This document shows, piece after piece, positions 45,364-55,601 of a stretch of 64,000 nt of DNA (positions within the stretch are counted from its first letter, which is position 1; every line of letters starts with the position of its first letter). The notes under the pieces are model-generated. The model saw only the letters and a program-made list of their open reading frames with translations, searched no databases and was not told where the DNA came from. The stretch lies in assembly GCA_015062525.1 (NCBI GenBank), contig SUUM01000002.1, positions 82,964 through 146,963 of the forward strand, given 5' to 3'. The position numbers and the translations under genes are program-made. The stretch comes from Alphaproteobacteria bacterium (GTDB lineage: Bacteria > Pseudomonadota > Alphaproteobacteria > Rs-D84).

Positions 45364-46920
45364 TTATAACTTAACACCATATTTGCCACGGTTTATCGGG
45401 CGATATGACAAAGCCTCGGCTAAATCGGTCATTTCTATGTCGTCGCCCCCGCGCAAATCGGCGATTGTGCGCGCCAATCGTTTAATACGGTTATACCCAC
45501 GTGCCGACATCCCCATTTTTTCCGCGGCAGTATTCAAAAATGTCGTTAATTCTGGTGATAGGGCGGCAAATTGTTCCAGCGCGGGTCCGTCCAGCATCGC
45601 GTTAACGCACCCTTGGCGCGATATTTGTCGGTCGCGTGCCGCAACAACGCGTGCGCGGATTGTTGCGCTGGATTCGCGCGGGGTTGTATCGGTTGTCATT
45701 TCCCAAGGTTTTACCGCGTCCACATCAACATGTAAATCAATACGGTCCAATAATGGTCCTGAAATCTTGTTCTGATATGCCTCGGCACATCGTGGTGCGC
45801 GCGAACAAGACAACGCTGCATTCCCCAAATGTCCGCACGGACATGGATTCATCGCGGCGATTAATTGAAAACGTGCGGGATATGTTGCGTTTCTTTTTGC
45901 GCGTGAAATCAAAATGCGTCCCGATTCCATTGGCTGGCGCAGGATTTCCAACGTTGCGCGATTAAATTCTGGCAATTCGTCCAAGAACAGTACCCCATTG
46001 TGCGCCAATGATATTTCACCCGGTCTTGCATCTGACCCACCACCCGCCAACGCGACGGGGCTGGACGTATGGTGCACGCTACGGAATGGGCGGGTTGCTA
46101 ACAAACCGCGCGTTCCCAATTCCCCCGCAATGGAATATATAGTTGATGTTTCCAGTATTTCATGCGCGGTCATTTCGGGCATAATTGTTGGCAATCGCGA
46201 TGCCAGCATTGTTTTCCCAGACCCCGGTGGCCCGACCATTAACATTGCATGCCCACCGGCCGCCGCAATTTCCAGCGCACGTTTTGCCGCCGCCTGGCCA
46301 TGAACATCCGCCATATCCAGCGCGGATTCAGGCGCGCCCGCAGGTGCCGTTAATTCCGGTACTGGCAAAATCTGGGTGCCTTTGAAATGGTTAATCAGTT
46401 GTACAACATGAAACGGTGCCAGAATATTTTCATGCCCCGCCCATCGTGCCTGGGCGCCTTGGTCGCCGGGACAGATTATCCCCAGTCCCCGTGAATTTGC
46501 CCAAACGGATGCAGGTAATACTGCATCTGTCTTTACAATTGCGCCGTTTAATCCAACTTCGCCCAGAATGACATATTTTTCCAATTCGTTTTCGGGCAAC
46601 ACCCCAATTGCACATAAAATTCCGCATAAAATAGGCAAATCAAAGTGCGATCCACTTTTTTCAACGTCCGCCGGCGATAAATTGACCGTCAACCGCTTTG
46701 GCGGTAATGATAAATTCATCGACGCCAACACATTACGAATACGTTCCGCAGATTCCTTGACCGCGCGGTCCGCCAGTCCAATGATGTTAAATTCAGGCTT
46801 AGACAGCCCCGACGACAATTGCACCTGGACATCAATCTGTGTCGCTTCCATTCCATTAAATATGATTGAATTCAAAGATATCATAAGTTTCATATTATAA
46901 CTTGAATTAACTTTGTGCAA
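45364..46920 (-). CDS. comM: YifB/ComM-family Mg-chelatase-like AAA+ ATPase
   Basis: N-terminal Lon-protease-like domain followed by an AAA+ core (Walker A LMVGPPGSGKTM, Walker B LFLDELPEF); ~515 aa. Confidence 0.85.
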   Translation of the reverse strand: MHKVNSSYNMKLMISLNSIIFNGMEATQIDVQVQLSSGLSKPEFNIIGLADRAVKESAERIRNVLASMNLSLPPKRLTVNLSPADVEKSGSHFDLPILCGILCAIGVLPENELEKYVILGEVGLNGAIVKTDAVLPASVWANSRGLGIICPGDQGAQARWAGHENILAPFHVVQLINHFKGTQILPVPELTAPAGAPESALDMADVHGQAAAKRALEIAAAGGHAMLMVGPPGSGKTMLASRLPTIMPEMTAHEILETSTIYSIAGELGTRGLLATRPFRSVHHTSSPVALAGGGSDARPGEISLAHNGVLFLDELPEFNRATLEILRQPMESGRILISRAKRNATYPARFQLIAAMNPCPCGHLGNAALSCSRAPRCAEAYQNKISGPLLDRIDLHVDVDAVKPWEMTTDTTPRESSATIRARVVAARDRQISRQGCVNAMLDGPALEQFAALSPELTTFLNTAAEKMGMSARGYNRIKRLARTIADLRGGDDIEMTDLAEALSYRPINRGKYGVKL

Positions 46921-46956
46921 GTTTTATTATACCACATAACAACAAAAGGATTTTAT

Positions 46957-47835
46957 ATGCCCGCCAAGAATAAAAATGTCGCCCGTGAATGGTTTAACAC
47001 AATATTTTATGGGGCTCTGATTGCCATTGTTTTTCGCAGTTTTCTGCTGGAACCATTTAATATTCCATCCGGATCAATGATACCAACACTACACGTTGGC
47101 GATCACATATTTGTAGAAAAATGGGCATATGGCTATTCGCGTTATTCGTTCCCATTTGGTTCTTGGAAAATGTGGAATGGTCGTTTCTGGGCGACGGAAC
47201 CGGAAATAGGCGACGTTATTGTGTTCCGCAATCCAATCAATGAACACCAGGATTATGTTAAACGTTTAATTGGCAAACCGGGCGACAAGATTCAGATGAT
47301 AGACGGCCGCCTGCATATCAATGGCACGATGGTGCCGCGCGAAAATCCGCGTCCATACATTGTTGCGATGTTGCCTAAATCGATGCGTTCGGTCGGCTAT
47401 TATCGTGATAATATGTCGATTAAGGGCAACAAAATCTGGATTGATAATAAGCCCGCCGATTTTAATTACACAATTGAATACAAGCCTGATGATTTTTGCC
47501 ATATGTACAACGGTGCATGCGGTGTGTTCAGTGCGACGGAATATAGCGAAACATTACCAAACGGCGTATCGCACAGCATAATTGAAATGGCGGATAATGC
47601 GCACTTTGATAACACAGAATTATTTACTGTACCTGAAAATCATTATTTCTTTATGGGCGACAATCGCGACAACAGTGGCGACAGCCGTGGCGACGTTGGC
47701 TTTGTCCCACGCGATAATGTACTGGGTAATGTATGGTTTATATGGTATTCACATAATTACTATGCGCCAATGCTGGCCATTTGGAATTGGGGCAATAAAA
47801 TGCGTTGGGACAGATTTGGCATGGGGATAGATTAA
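46957..47835 (+). CDS. lepB: Signal peptidase I
   Basis: TM, then IPSGSMIPTL (Ser nucleophile) and later GDNRDNSGDSR (catalytic Lys region). Start placed after AAAAGGA; ORF open from 46915. Confidence 0.85.
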   Translation: MPAKNKNVAREWFNTIFYGALIAIVFRSFLLEPFNIPSGSMIPTLHVGDHIFVEKWAYGYSRYSFPFGSWKMWNGRFWATEPEIGDVIVFRNPINEHQDYVKRLIGKPGDKIQMIDGRLHINGTMVPRENPRPYIVAMLPKSMRSVGYYRDNMSIKGNKIWIDNKPADFNYTIEYKPDDFCHMYNGACGVFSATEYSETLPNGVSHSIIEMADNAHFDNTELFTVPENHYFFMGDNRDNSGDSRGDVGFVPRDNVLGNVWFIWYSHNYYAPMLAIWNWGNKMRWDRFGMGID

Positions 47836-47836
47836 A

Positions 47837-48484
47837 ATGAAAGAACTTGGATACGAATTTAAGAATAAATCATTACTGGACCTTGCGCTGACACAAAGCG
47901 GTGTAAATTCCATACATAACAACGAACGATTGGAATTTATTGGTGATCGTGTGCTGGGGTTATCTGTGGCAGATTTGTTAATGGATATGTACCCGTGCGA
48001 GACCGAGGGCGAACTTGCCCGTCGTCATGCCCAGTTGGTATCGACCGACACATTGGGACAAATGGCGCGTGAATTGGGTCTGCACCAGCGGGTGCGTCAT
48101 GGGCACATGACGGCGGGGCGCACAAAACACATGCTGGCAAACAGTATGGAGGCTATATTCGGCGCCATATATATTGACGGGGGATTCGAAGCCGCACGTG
48201 ATGTCATTGTTAAATTATGGCGCGATTTGGCGGCGCGTGATGTTGTCGCCCCAAAGGATCCAAAAACAGCACTACAAGAATTGGTCCAGCAAACCGCCAA
48301 GGGGCAATTGCCAGTATATGAATACGGCACCGGTCGTGGCGAATCCCATAATCCGGTATTTCATGTGCGTGTTACGGCGCTGGGGAAATTTGCAATCGCA
48401 TCTGGTGATTCTAAAAAGGCGGCCAGCACAGCCGCCGCGGCAGAATTACTGAAAGTGCTTGCAAATTCAGGGCAGGGGAATTAA
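47837..48484 (+). CDS. rnc: Ribonuclease III
   Basis: ERLEFIGDRVLGLSVADLLM signature and C-terminal dsRBD; lepB-rnc synteny. Confidence 0.9.
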   Translation: MKELGYEFKNKSLLDLALTQSGVNSIHNNERLEFIGDRVLGLSVADLLMDMYPCETEGELARRHAQLVSTDTLGQMARELGLHQRVRHGHMTAGRTKHMLANSMEAIFGAIYIDGGFEAARDVIVKLWRDLAARDVVAPKDPKTALQELVQQTAKGQLPVYEYGTGRGESHNPVFHVRVTALGKFAIASGDSKKAASTAAAAELLKVLANSGQGN

Positions 48485-48519
48485 AATCAACACAAACAAC
48501 AAACAAGTAAGGGTAAAAA

Positions 48520-48849
48520 ATGTTTTCAATTTTATTGGTTTTATTAATTATCGTCGCAGTTATGATGATTGGTCTAATTTTATTACAAAAGTCCGAAGGT
48601 TCGGGCATGTCTGGTTCATCTGCGGCATCTATGTTTGGTGGCGCTTTAACTGGTGCTGCGGCGGGTAATTTTTTGACGCGTGCAACGGCATGGTTGGCGA
48701 CAATTTTCTTTATTTTATGTGCTGCATTGGCTCTTGTGGCATCTAAATCCGATATGGCTGCGCCACAAAGTGATTTGCGCAATGAAATCATACACCAGGA
48801 AAGCGCACCAACCCCACAACAACCTGCGCCCGCCCCAATTACAGAATAA
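48520..48849 (+). CDS. secG: Preprotein translocase subunit SecG
   Basis: MFSILLVLLIIVAVMMIGLILLQKSEGSG...FGG; terminator at 48853-48876. Confidence 0.8.
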   Translation: MFSILLVLLIIVAVMMIGLILLQKSEGSGMSGSSAASMFGGALTGAAAGNFLTRATAWLATIFFILCAALALVASKSDMAAPQSDLRNEIIHQESAPTPQQPAPAPITE

Positions 48850-49061
48850 AACACCGCCCAATCGGGCGGTTGTTTTTTATTATTTTGAACTAATATGATT
48901 GTTTGGTATCGCGCATCCGATTCATTTGCCTAAACGCAAATTTGGGATATCTTTTGTTATATCGGGGTTCAAAACAACTGGTGGTTGTATGACTCGATAT
49001 TCTGTTGTGTTTGTGCCAAAATACACATCATACATATTTTTATTTACAAGGGAATAAAATA

Positions 49062-49307
49062 ATGAAATATCATCACGCTATTTGGCAATCGATATGCTAT
49101 ATTGCCCAAATTAATAATACAACATGTTCCGGACTTGCCAAAATGTGTGGTCTGGACGCGACAATTTTTAACCCCAGCAAGCGCAAAACAGTCTATGGTC
49201 AGCCCCGCTGGATAAGCACCGCCACCCTGGCCAAAGTCTTAACCACAACAAACATCAGCCCCATTCAATTCGCAGAAATTGTGCAAATGTTTCTGGATGA
49301 AAAATAG
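49062..49307 (+). CDS. Small HTH protein, paralog of 20432-20677
   Basis: CSGLAKMCGLDATIFNPSKRKTVYGQPRWISTATLAKVL aligns with SGLAKCSGLDPTTFNKSKRWSKEGQPRWPSTNSISKIL. Confidence 0.5.
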   Translation: MKYHHAIWQSICYIAQINNTTCSGLAKMCGLDATIFNPSKRKTVYGQPRWISTATLAKVLTTTNISPIQFAEIVQMFLDEK

Positions 49308-49464
49308 GAACGCTCACCTCAGAAATATTATTATGTCGCCGTTTAAAAGCCTGCATTATTCAGGCGTTTAGAACAACCCGCCAAGTAAATTTCTGAAAAA
49401 ACATAATTTAATGAAAAAAACACTTGAAATAGGATTTAATAAGGTATATTATTAGCAACGCTAT

Positions 49465-49502
49465 TCGGGCATAGTTCAGTCGGTAGAACAACGGACTGTT
49501 AA
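49465..49502 (+). pseudogene. Truncated tRNA-Asn, 5' half only (through the anticodon loop)
   Basis: 49444-49502 matches 58942-59000 (promoter region plus tRNA positions 1-38, 2 mismatches) and then diverges. A shared terminator-like hairpin cccagatttctggg+T-run lies at 49538-49556 and 59045-59066. Confidence 0.7.
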
Positions 49503-49625
49503 GCATGAGAGTAAGCCCAACAACAAATTCGAGTTTTGCCCAGATTTCTGGGTTTTTTTGTTGCTTTTTTTCAGTTCTGACGACTTATCACATTACGCTT
49601 AAAACCTGTTAAAACCTGTATGGAT

Positions 49626-49740
49626 ACCGTTTGAAAAACATACATTTTCATACCGCAAACCGATTTGAACCAAATTTTGTGTTCCACGATTTCAATACTG
49701 ATTTCTAGTTGATTTCAATGATGATTTCAACCAGAAAAAT
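49626..49740. repeat. Iteron-like short repeats (gatttcaa x4-5) plus a shared ttgaaaaacatacattt...accgcaaaccgatttgaa motif
   Basis: cgatttgaacc, cgatttcaatactgatttctagttgatttcaatgatgatttcaacc. The ~45-bp motif recurs at 59136-59180, and its first half also at 58818-58836. Confidence 0.55.
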
Positions 49741-49995
49741 TATACACACTTTTCCCCACCCCAGCACAACGGAATATCAATCTCTATCATTTTGCCCTCA
49801 CAATGCATAGAATAGCAAAAAAGGAGTCGCCAAACGGCTAACCCCTTTCCTATTCTGCTTTGGTTTTACACTACAATTATATGGATTTCAACAGGAAAGA
49901 TTTCATACTGCTGTAGCTATATGTGCATTTTCTTTATTGAATATACTTGCATATTGCTTTTTTGTGGATAAAATGTGTAAAAGTCGCTAAATAAA

Positions 49996-50595
49996 ATGTT
50001 AGATAAAGCCAAACAGATTGTCCAGTTTATGGATACTGTTGAAAAACTTTGTTATATAAAACGGTTTGCTACCTTAAAAGACAATAACAGGGAACGTGAT
50101 AGTGACCACATAATGAAATTGTCTTTCTTGGTTTTGTTGGTAGCCGATTTTCTTAGTGATAGATTAAATAAAACAAAACTTTTTGAACTTGCTCTTGTTC
50201 ATGATTTAGCTGAAGCGGATGCTGGTGATGTCTCTTATATAGAACAATTTGAGAATAATGAAGCCGTTGAACATAAAAGAGTTAAAGAATTAAATGTTAT
50301 TAAATCGTATCAAAAGCTTTTACCGTCACCACTTAATGATAAAATATATGAATTATTCATGGAGTATGAAACAGGCTGTACCATAGAATCCAAAATTATA
50401 CATAGTTTGGACAAGTTAGAGGGTGACTTGCAGTGTTGTAAGGACCTAAACCTATCGACTTATTGCAATCACAATGCTTTTATATCCCGTATATCCGCAC
50501 TCCAAAAGCATAAATATAGCACCATGACGAATGAGCCGATTATAGAAGCACTGGAAAGATTGATTCTTGAAAAGTCAAAGGATACTTCGAATTAG
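49996..50595 (+). CDS. HD-domain phosphohydrolase (YfbR-like)
   Basis: RDSDHIMKLSFLVLLVADFL ... LVHDLAEADAGDV (H...HD...D metal-ligand pattern). Confidence 0.6.
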   Translation: MLDKAKQIVQFMDTVEKLCYIKRFATLKDNNRERDSDHIMKLSFLVLLVADFLSDRLNKTKLFELALVHDLAEADAGDVSYIEQFENNEAVEHKRVKELNVIKSYQKLLPSPLNDKIYELFMEYETGCTIESKIIHSLDKLEGDLQCCKDLNLSTYCNHNAFISRISALQKHKYSTMTNEPIIEALERLILEKSKDTSN

Positions 50596-50618
50596 TAGAA
50601 ACGAGGAGCTAAACAAGT

Positions 50619-52229
50619 ATGACAAGGTTTACCAATAATTTGACAGGCGATATGGGTATTTCAAAGGAAAGCTATTCTAAATTATTTGGATACTTATCTG
50701 AAGTTTTTGCTCAAAAATTAAAAAAAACAATCCTAAATGAAATCAACAAATTAAGAGAGACAAACAAAGATTATAGACTTCTTGAGGTTTCTGATACACT
50801 TATTGTATCCATCTTTAAGTCCACAAAAAGAGAAGCTGTACGCTTGTGTGTTGGCTATCCTTTTCCGTTAGCTAGCAAGCAGTCTAGAATCTTCTTTTCA
50901 GGATATAAAGTTTCTGTTTTTATCCGTGATGAGCCCGTTAGAAAATTGCAACGGGAATATTTATTCAATTATTTGCAAAAAAACTATTCTGCAAAGCTGA
51001 ACATCATACATTCTACTGGTGATTTCAGAAAAAATTTATCTGGAACAAATAGAAAATTTAATAACAGGTGTTTTTATGTTGATTTGTATGACTTTATTGG
51101 AGACAGTATTATCGGCTTAAAATTTCTAGAGTCACTCAGGAAAACGCTTAGAATTCCAAAGACACGGTGCACTGTATTTTCTAAACATAGCAAACACATC
51201 CCGACTCAATACGCTATCTTTAACTCAACCAAATTTGCCAATTTAGTCAATAATTATGAGTATTCTACAATTATTGTTCCTGCATTGATTGACAATCAGT
51301 TTGATGCGTTTCTTAAAATTTTAAAATCAATTACACTCAAGAATTTCCGAATTATTGTTCCCAGCCGGAATCTATTTCTGACATTTTCTGAGAATAACAG
51401 TGAGATATTCTGGTGTAAATCACGAGACGTTCTTTTCAAGACAAATTCCATAGATAACTACATGGACATAGCATTAAATACTTTTACTGGAGAGCCTATT
51501 TCTGTGCTACCAAAAACAATAAAGGTTAGAAAAATTACAAAAAATGTATTTATAAATCCATTTAGCTCTTTAGAGGGGAAATCTATTTCTGTTGATGATT
51601 GTTCTAAAATTTGTGAACATTTACTATACAATGGCTTTAATGTCTTTGTTTCTGCAGGCTTTCACCAAGAGGAGTACATACAAAAATTAAAAGTTAAGAA
51701 TATAACTTTACTATATGATTCTGGATTTAAGGACCTTTCAGAAAAACTAACAGCACATAACATTGGATTGGTGATTAGCACAGATTCTGGTATTGCTCAT
51801 ATGACAGCGACCCTAGGCATTGCAACAATTGTGATTTATCATAGTTTCTTTTGGGACAGCTGTAGCAAACAATCAATTAGCAACGATGCCCTTGGCGGTT
51901 TTTGTCGAGCGCATTTACCAATGATACCAGTTGTAAATTCCGGGATACTGGATGCAGTAGAAAATATTTACCATCCTGCCATGACGTATAAACAGAAAAA
52001 ATGTATTAGGAGAACATTAAAACGAATGCAGGGAGCTTCAAATAAAACTGTCTTTTCTTTACATAAAGATCTTGTTTCTAAATTCCCGCATTTACATACG
52101 TTCTATTGCCCGGACATGTTACTTAAAAACGTTATAAACAATTCTAACAAAACAGACTCTTGGTCCTTGGTTAGTAATGTATGGCAAAATCTACCTGCTT
52201 ATAAAGTATCCAATTTTACTTTTGTTTAG
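50619..52229 (+). CDS. GT9-family (heptosyltransferase-like) glycosyltransferase with a ~150-aa N-terminal extension
   Basis: CFYVDLYDFIGDSIIGLKFLESLRK (GT9 N-terminal motif) and ISTDSGIAHMTATLGIATIVIY (GT9 C-terminal NDSGPMHLAAALG-like motif). Confidence 0.55.
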   Translation: MTRFTNNLTGDMGISKESYSKLFGYLSEVFAQKLKKTILNEINKLRETNKDYRLLEVSDTLIVSIFKSTKREAVRLCVGYPFPLASKQSRIFFSGYKVSVFIRDEPVRKLQREYLFNYLQKNYSAKLNIIHSTGDFRKNLSGTNRKFNNRCFYVDLYDFIGDSIIGLKFLESLRKTLRIPKTRCTVFSKHSKHIPTQYAIFNSTKFANLVNNYEYSTIIVPALIDNQFDAFLKILKSITLKNFRIIVPSRNLFLTFSENNSEIFWCKSRDVLFKTNSIDNYMDIALNTFTGEPISVLPKTIKVRKITKNVFINPFSSLEGKSISVDDCSKICEHLLYNGFNVFVSAGFHQEEYIQKLKVKNITLLYDSGFKDLSEKLTAHNIGLVISTDSGIAHMTATLGIATIVIYHSFFWDSCSKQSISNDALGGFCRAHLPMIPVVNSGILDAVENIYHPAMTYKQKKCIRRTLKRMQGASNKTVFSLHKDLVSKFPHLHTFYCPDMLLKNVINNSNKTDSWSLVSNVWQNLPAYKVSNFTFV

Positions 52230-53130
52230 ACTGTTTATGGCTTAACATTGGATAAAAACAGCACTCTGTACAGCAGGGACATTTCTCTTTTGTGCCAAGA
52301 TCCTTGATAACCATGGGCTTACTTATAACCCTACCACTATTTATACAAGGTGTCATTGTTCCATCTGGGCGCACGAATACAAATTCGCTACCTGCAAGGC
52401 AATTATCCATTATGTCTATCTGCCCAGTCTTAAAGAAATTGTGTTGAGCTGCAATAAACTTATCATCAGCCTTGAACTTACGAGAGAAGTCCATTATTGT
52501 TGTCACGTCTTCTTCTGGGATACACAAATTAACATCTGAGTTATGATAAAAGTCATCGTTATTATTAGCAAATCTAAAGGTATATGTGCATCCATATTTA
52601 CTTGCTAGTTCCGCAACATGTTCCAAGTTCGCAATGTTGCTATTGTGAGGTGTTATTGTTGTAGAAAACACAACGTTTATCTTCGGCAGCTGTTCTCTGA
52701 TTAGTTTCGCTGTTTGTATAACTGAATCATAGCAATTTATTCCACGTACTTTATGCATATCCTCTGGTCGCCCCTCTATTGATAGACATAAATATTCATT
52801 CTCTATCTTACCGTATACACTTTCCAGCAATGCCAAAACTCTTTTAGGATACGTTCCATTTGAGTTTACCCATAAATGCTTTAAGGCAGGCAGGTTGTCT
52901 ATTATAGACTTTACAACGTCTATTGCATCTTTTCTTAAAACGGGTTCGCCTCCTGATATACTCGCATCAATTATATCCTTGAAATAATCCTGTTTAAACA
53001 AATCGCCAAACTGTTCTGCATTTATTTCTGTTGGGGTAATCCCGGTCTTCCATATGTTGCACATAGTACAACGACTATTACATTTGTTGGTTATGGCAAT
53101 TGTTGCATATTTTACCATTTTACTTCCCAT
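52216..53130 (-). CDS. Radical SAM enzyme with C-terminal SPASM/twitch Cys cluster
   Basis: CNSRCTMCNIW (CxxxCxxC), SGGEP glycine-rich motif, and C-terminal C...C...CPCCTECC. Confidence 0.75.
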   Translation of the reverse strand: MGSKMVKYATIAITNKCNSRCTMCNIWKTGITPTEINAEQFGDLFKQDYFKDIIDASISGGEPVLRKDAIDVVKSIIDNLPALKHLWVNSNGTYPKRVLALLESVYGKIENEYLCLSIEGRPEDMHKVRGINCYDSVIQTAKLIREQLPKINVVFSTTITPHNSNIANLEHVAELASKYGCTYTFRFANNNDDFYHNSDVNLCIPEEDVTTIMDFSRKFKADDKFIAAQHNFFKTGQIDIMDNCLAGSEFVFVRPDGTMTPCINSGRVISKPMVIKDLGTKEKCPCCTECCFYPMLSHKQSKQK

Positions 53131-54181
53131 TTCTTTGTTTTTGCAATTGATGATCGTACATTAGTTTATTCAGTCTTTTTCTGAACTCTATTTCTGGTAG
53201 ATTGATATCCAGATTTATCTTGAAGTTTTCTTTTTCTTCAAGTTCGGATATTTCCTGAGAGTGATAATTTCTTTCTACTTCCTTGCTTATTACATCGTAT
53301 GTATCCTGTTCAGAATGAATAAATTGAATTCCTGTTGACAGCCAATATTCATATGAAATTTTAACAAGCAACCTCAGATCTACCTTATTCTGATTCAATA
53401 GCGGCATTAGTTTCTTTAGCAGCATACGCATTTTGGAGCCTTGCCCCTTATACTTTGGAACAATACCAGAAGCCGCCATCAATACTGACGTATGAACACA
53501 ATCCAATAGTGCGGTCATATTATCTTTATCTAATTTACTATCTGTATAAAATTCTTTGAATACGGGCAAATACAAGCCATTTTTATTAAGTAACCAATTC
53601 AGACGTTCTAACCCCATACCAACCTCAATAATATTATAAGTTTTGGACATGTATGGGAAATCATGCATAAATATTACTTCAGAAATTTGATCTTCGCCCA
53701 GATATAAGGCTAAAAAGGATTCACTGAATTTTTTATTACCCCATTGCGCTTGGTATGTAGAAGTTCTGACATCGACCCTGTCTGGGGTAGCACCATAATT
53801 AACCATCGTTTTTATCAAGTTATTTGCGGACGAGATAAATTGTTCTTCCGTTCCATTGATTGTAACAGCAGCAAAATTTATAAATGAAGTACCAGTCCCC
53901 TGTTTCACATCATTAACATATTGCATCCTGATAACTGGTTGATACACCATGAAATTAGGGACCGTTGATAGGTCCACTCCCTTTGACTCCATACTTTCTA
54001 AACGCTGAATTGCAGAAGTTGTAAACAGTGTTGTTTCCCTTTTATCATCTCTAACAACACTTTCTGGTTTCATTAGATTGTATTCTGGGAAGAATTTGTG
54101 GGGTTCTCCCCCCTTGGCCGAAATGATCGTATTTGGCCATGAAACACTTTTTTCAATCTTTTGCAAATCCAGGTTTATCAT
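53120..54181 (-). CDS. Class II aminoacyl-tRNA-synthetase catalytic-core-like protein (AlaRS/GlyQ-type)
   Basis: IIEVGMGLERLNWLL matches the (D/E)(T/V)GMGLERL element of AlaRS/GlyQ. TLFTTSAIQ resembles the AlaRS FTNAGMNQF region and EVIFMHDF resembles E(I/V)WNLVFMQ. 353 aa, with no tRNA-binding or editing domains. Confidence 0.45.
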   Translation of the reverse strand: MINLDLQKIEKSVSWPNTIISAKGGEPHKFFPEYNLMKPESVVRDDKRETTLFTTSAIQRLESMESKGVDLSTVPNFMVYQPVIRMQYVNDVKQGTGTSFINFAAVTINGTEEQFISSANNLIKTMVNYGATPDRVDVRTSTYQAQWGNKKFSESFLALYLGEDQISEVIFMHDFPYMSKTYNIIEVGMGLERLNWLLNKNGLYLPVFKEFYTDSKLDKDNMTALLDCVHTSVLMAASGIVPKYKGQGSKMRMLLKKLMPLLNQNKVDLRLLVKISYEYWLSTGIQFIHSEQDTYDVISKEVERNYHSQEISELEEKENFKINLDINLPEIEFRKRLNKLMYDHQLQKQRNGK

Positions 54182-55500
54182 TTCATGTGTTCCTTAAAGC
54201 TTGTATATTTTTGCATTTTTATTCGTTCTCTAAGGTCATCAAACGTGTTCTCTATACGAACTTTATTTCTTGTATGCGGAATTATAACATCTTGCCCACC
54301 CATGTAAGGTTGCAGGGCTTTTGGTATTCTTATGTACCCATCTTTTGTCTGATGATTTTCCATCAGTGCAATTACAGCACGTTCAGTTATTGCGGTAGAT
54401 GATATTGTATGTGCAAATGACCTCGTGCCTTTATCCTTTATTTTAATGTTAGCCCGACGAGCTTGGAAATCTGACAAATTTGAATTAGAGTGTGTTTCTT
54501 TATATGTTTGTTGAGAAGGGAACCATGCCTCAGTATCATACTTTTTATATCCAGGTGCCGCTATATCGCCAACACAAACGTTAACCACTCTAAACGGAAT
54601 TTCCAAGGATTTCATTATATCTTCTATGTTTCGTTGACAGAACAACTGCATCATTTCAGAGTCTTCTGGACGACAAAATATAATCTGTTCTTGTTTGTAA
54701 AATTGATGAACTCTGAATATCCCTCGATTAGCTTTTCCCGCAGCCCCAGATTCACTCCTAAAACAAGGAGTCTGTGCAGTATATAACAATGGCAACTTGT
54801 CTGCATCTAGAGTTTCGCCTGAATGATAGGGTACAATTGTTTGTTCAGATGTGCCTATCATGGTCAAATCCCAATCTTTTACATTATACTCTTGGTCCAT
54901 AATAAACGGGTGATACCCTGTAATATATAAGGCCTGTTCTTTTGTTAATAATGGCGTTCCCATTATTTCAAAACCTCGTTTTTCTAACAGATCTTCTGTG
55001 AAAGCAAAGACAGCATTCCTTAATCTAAGGCCATCATTTAGCCAGTAGAAAAATCCTCTGCCAGATATTTTTGTGCCTTTTTCAATATCTAAAATACCTA
55101 ATCTTGTCCCCAATTCATCATGCGACAACACCTTAAATCCTTTTGGAGTTGTATCACCGAATTTATATATTTCTACATTTTCAGTATCATCTTGACCAAC
55201 GGGTACATCTTCTGAGAGGTCGTTTGGGATCATTGCTGACAGAGCTCTCAACTCCTGACTTTTTTGAGCTATTTTGGTTTCTAACTGGGCCAATTTTGGT
55301 TTTTGTTGTTTTGCGGCCTCAATGTTTCTTTCAGCAGCATATTTATTTGCTAACGCACGCTCTTGTTCCACACAAGCTAACAGCTGACGATATTCTTCAT
55401 CTGCTTTGAGCAATGCATCAACATCTAATTTTACTTTTCGTAAAGCAACAAGTTTTCTAAAATAATCAGGATTTTGTCTAATAGCTTTCATGTCTAACAT
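54178..55500 (-). CDS. serS: Seryl-tRNA synthetase (full-length paralog or acquired copy)
   Basis: N-terminal MLDMKAIRQNPDYFRKLVALRKVKLDVDALLKADEEYRQLL (coiled-coil arm), TPCFRSESGAAGKANRGIFRVHQFYKQEQIIF (motif 2/3 region), AT-rich codon usage. ORF open to 55539. Confidence 0.8.
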   Translation of the reverse strand: MLDMKAIRQNPDYFRKLVALRKVKLDVDALLKADEEYRQLLACVEQERALANKYAAERNIEAAKQQKPKLAQLETKIAQKSQELRALSAMIPNDLSEDVPVGQDDTENVEIYKFGDTTPKGFKVLSHDELGTRLGILDIEKGTKISGRGFFYWLNDGLRLRNAVFAFTEDLLEKRGFEIMGTPLLTKEQALYITGYHPFIMDQEYNVKDWDLTMIGTSEQTIVPYHSGETLDADKLPLLYTAQTPCFRSESGAAGKANRGIFRVHQFYKQEQIIFCRPEDSEMMQLFCQRNIEDIMKSLEIPFRVVNVCVGDIAAPGYKKYDTEAWFPSQQTYKETHSNSNLSDFQARRANIKIKDKGTRSFAHTISSTAITERAVIALMENHQTKDGYIRIPKALQPYMGGQDVIIPHTRNKVRIENTFDDLRERIKMQKYTSFKEHMK

Positions 55501-55601
55501 GTATAAACCCCTTGTTAATTGTGGATATTTGTAGCACAAAATTGACAGATGTCAATATATTTGTTTGACAACACGCCTTTTTTTGTATAAATTTATCTCA
55601 A

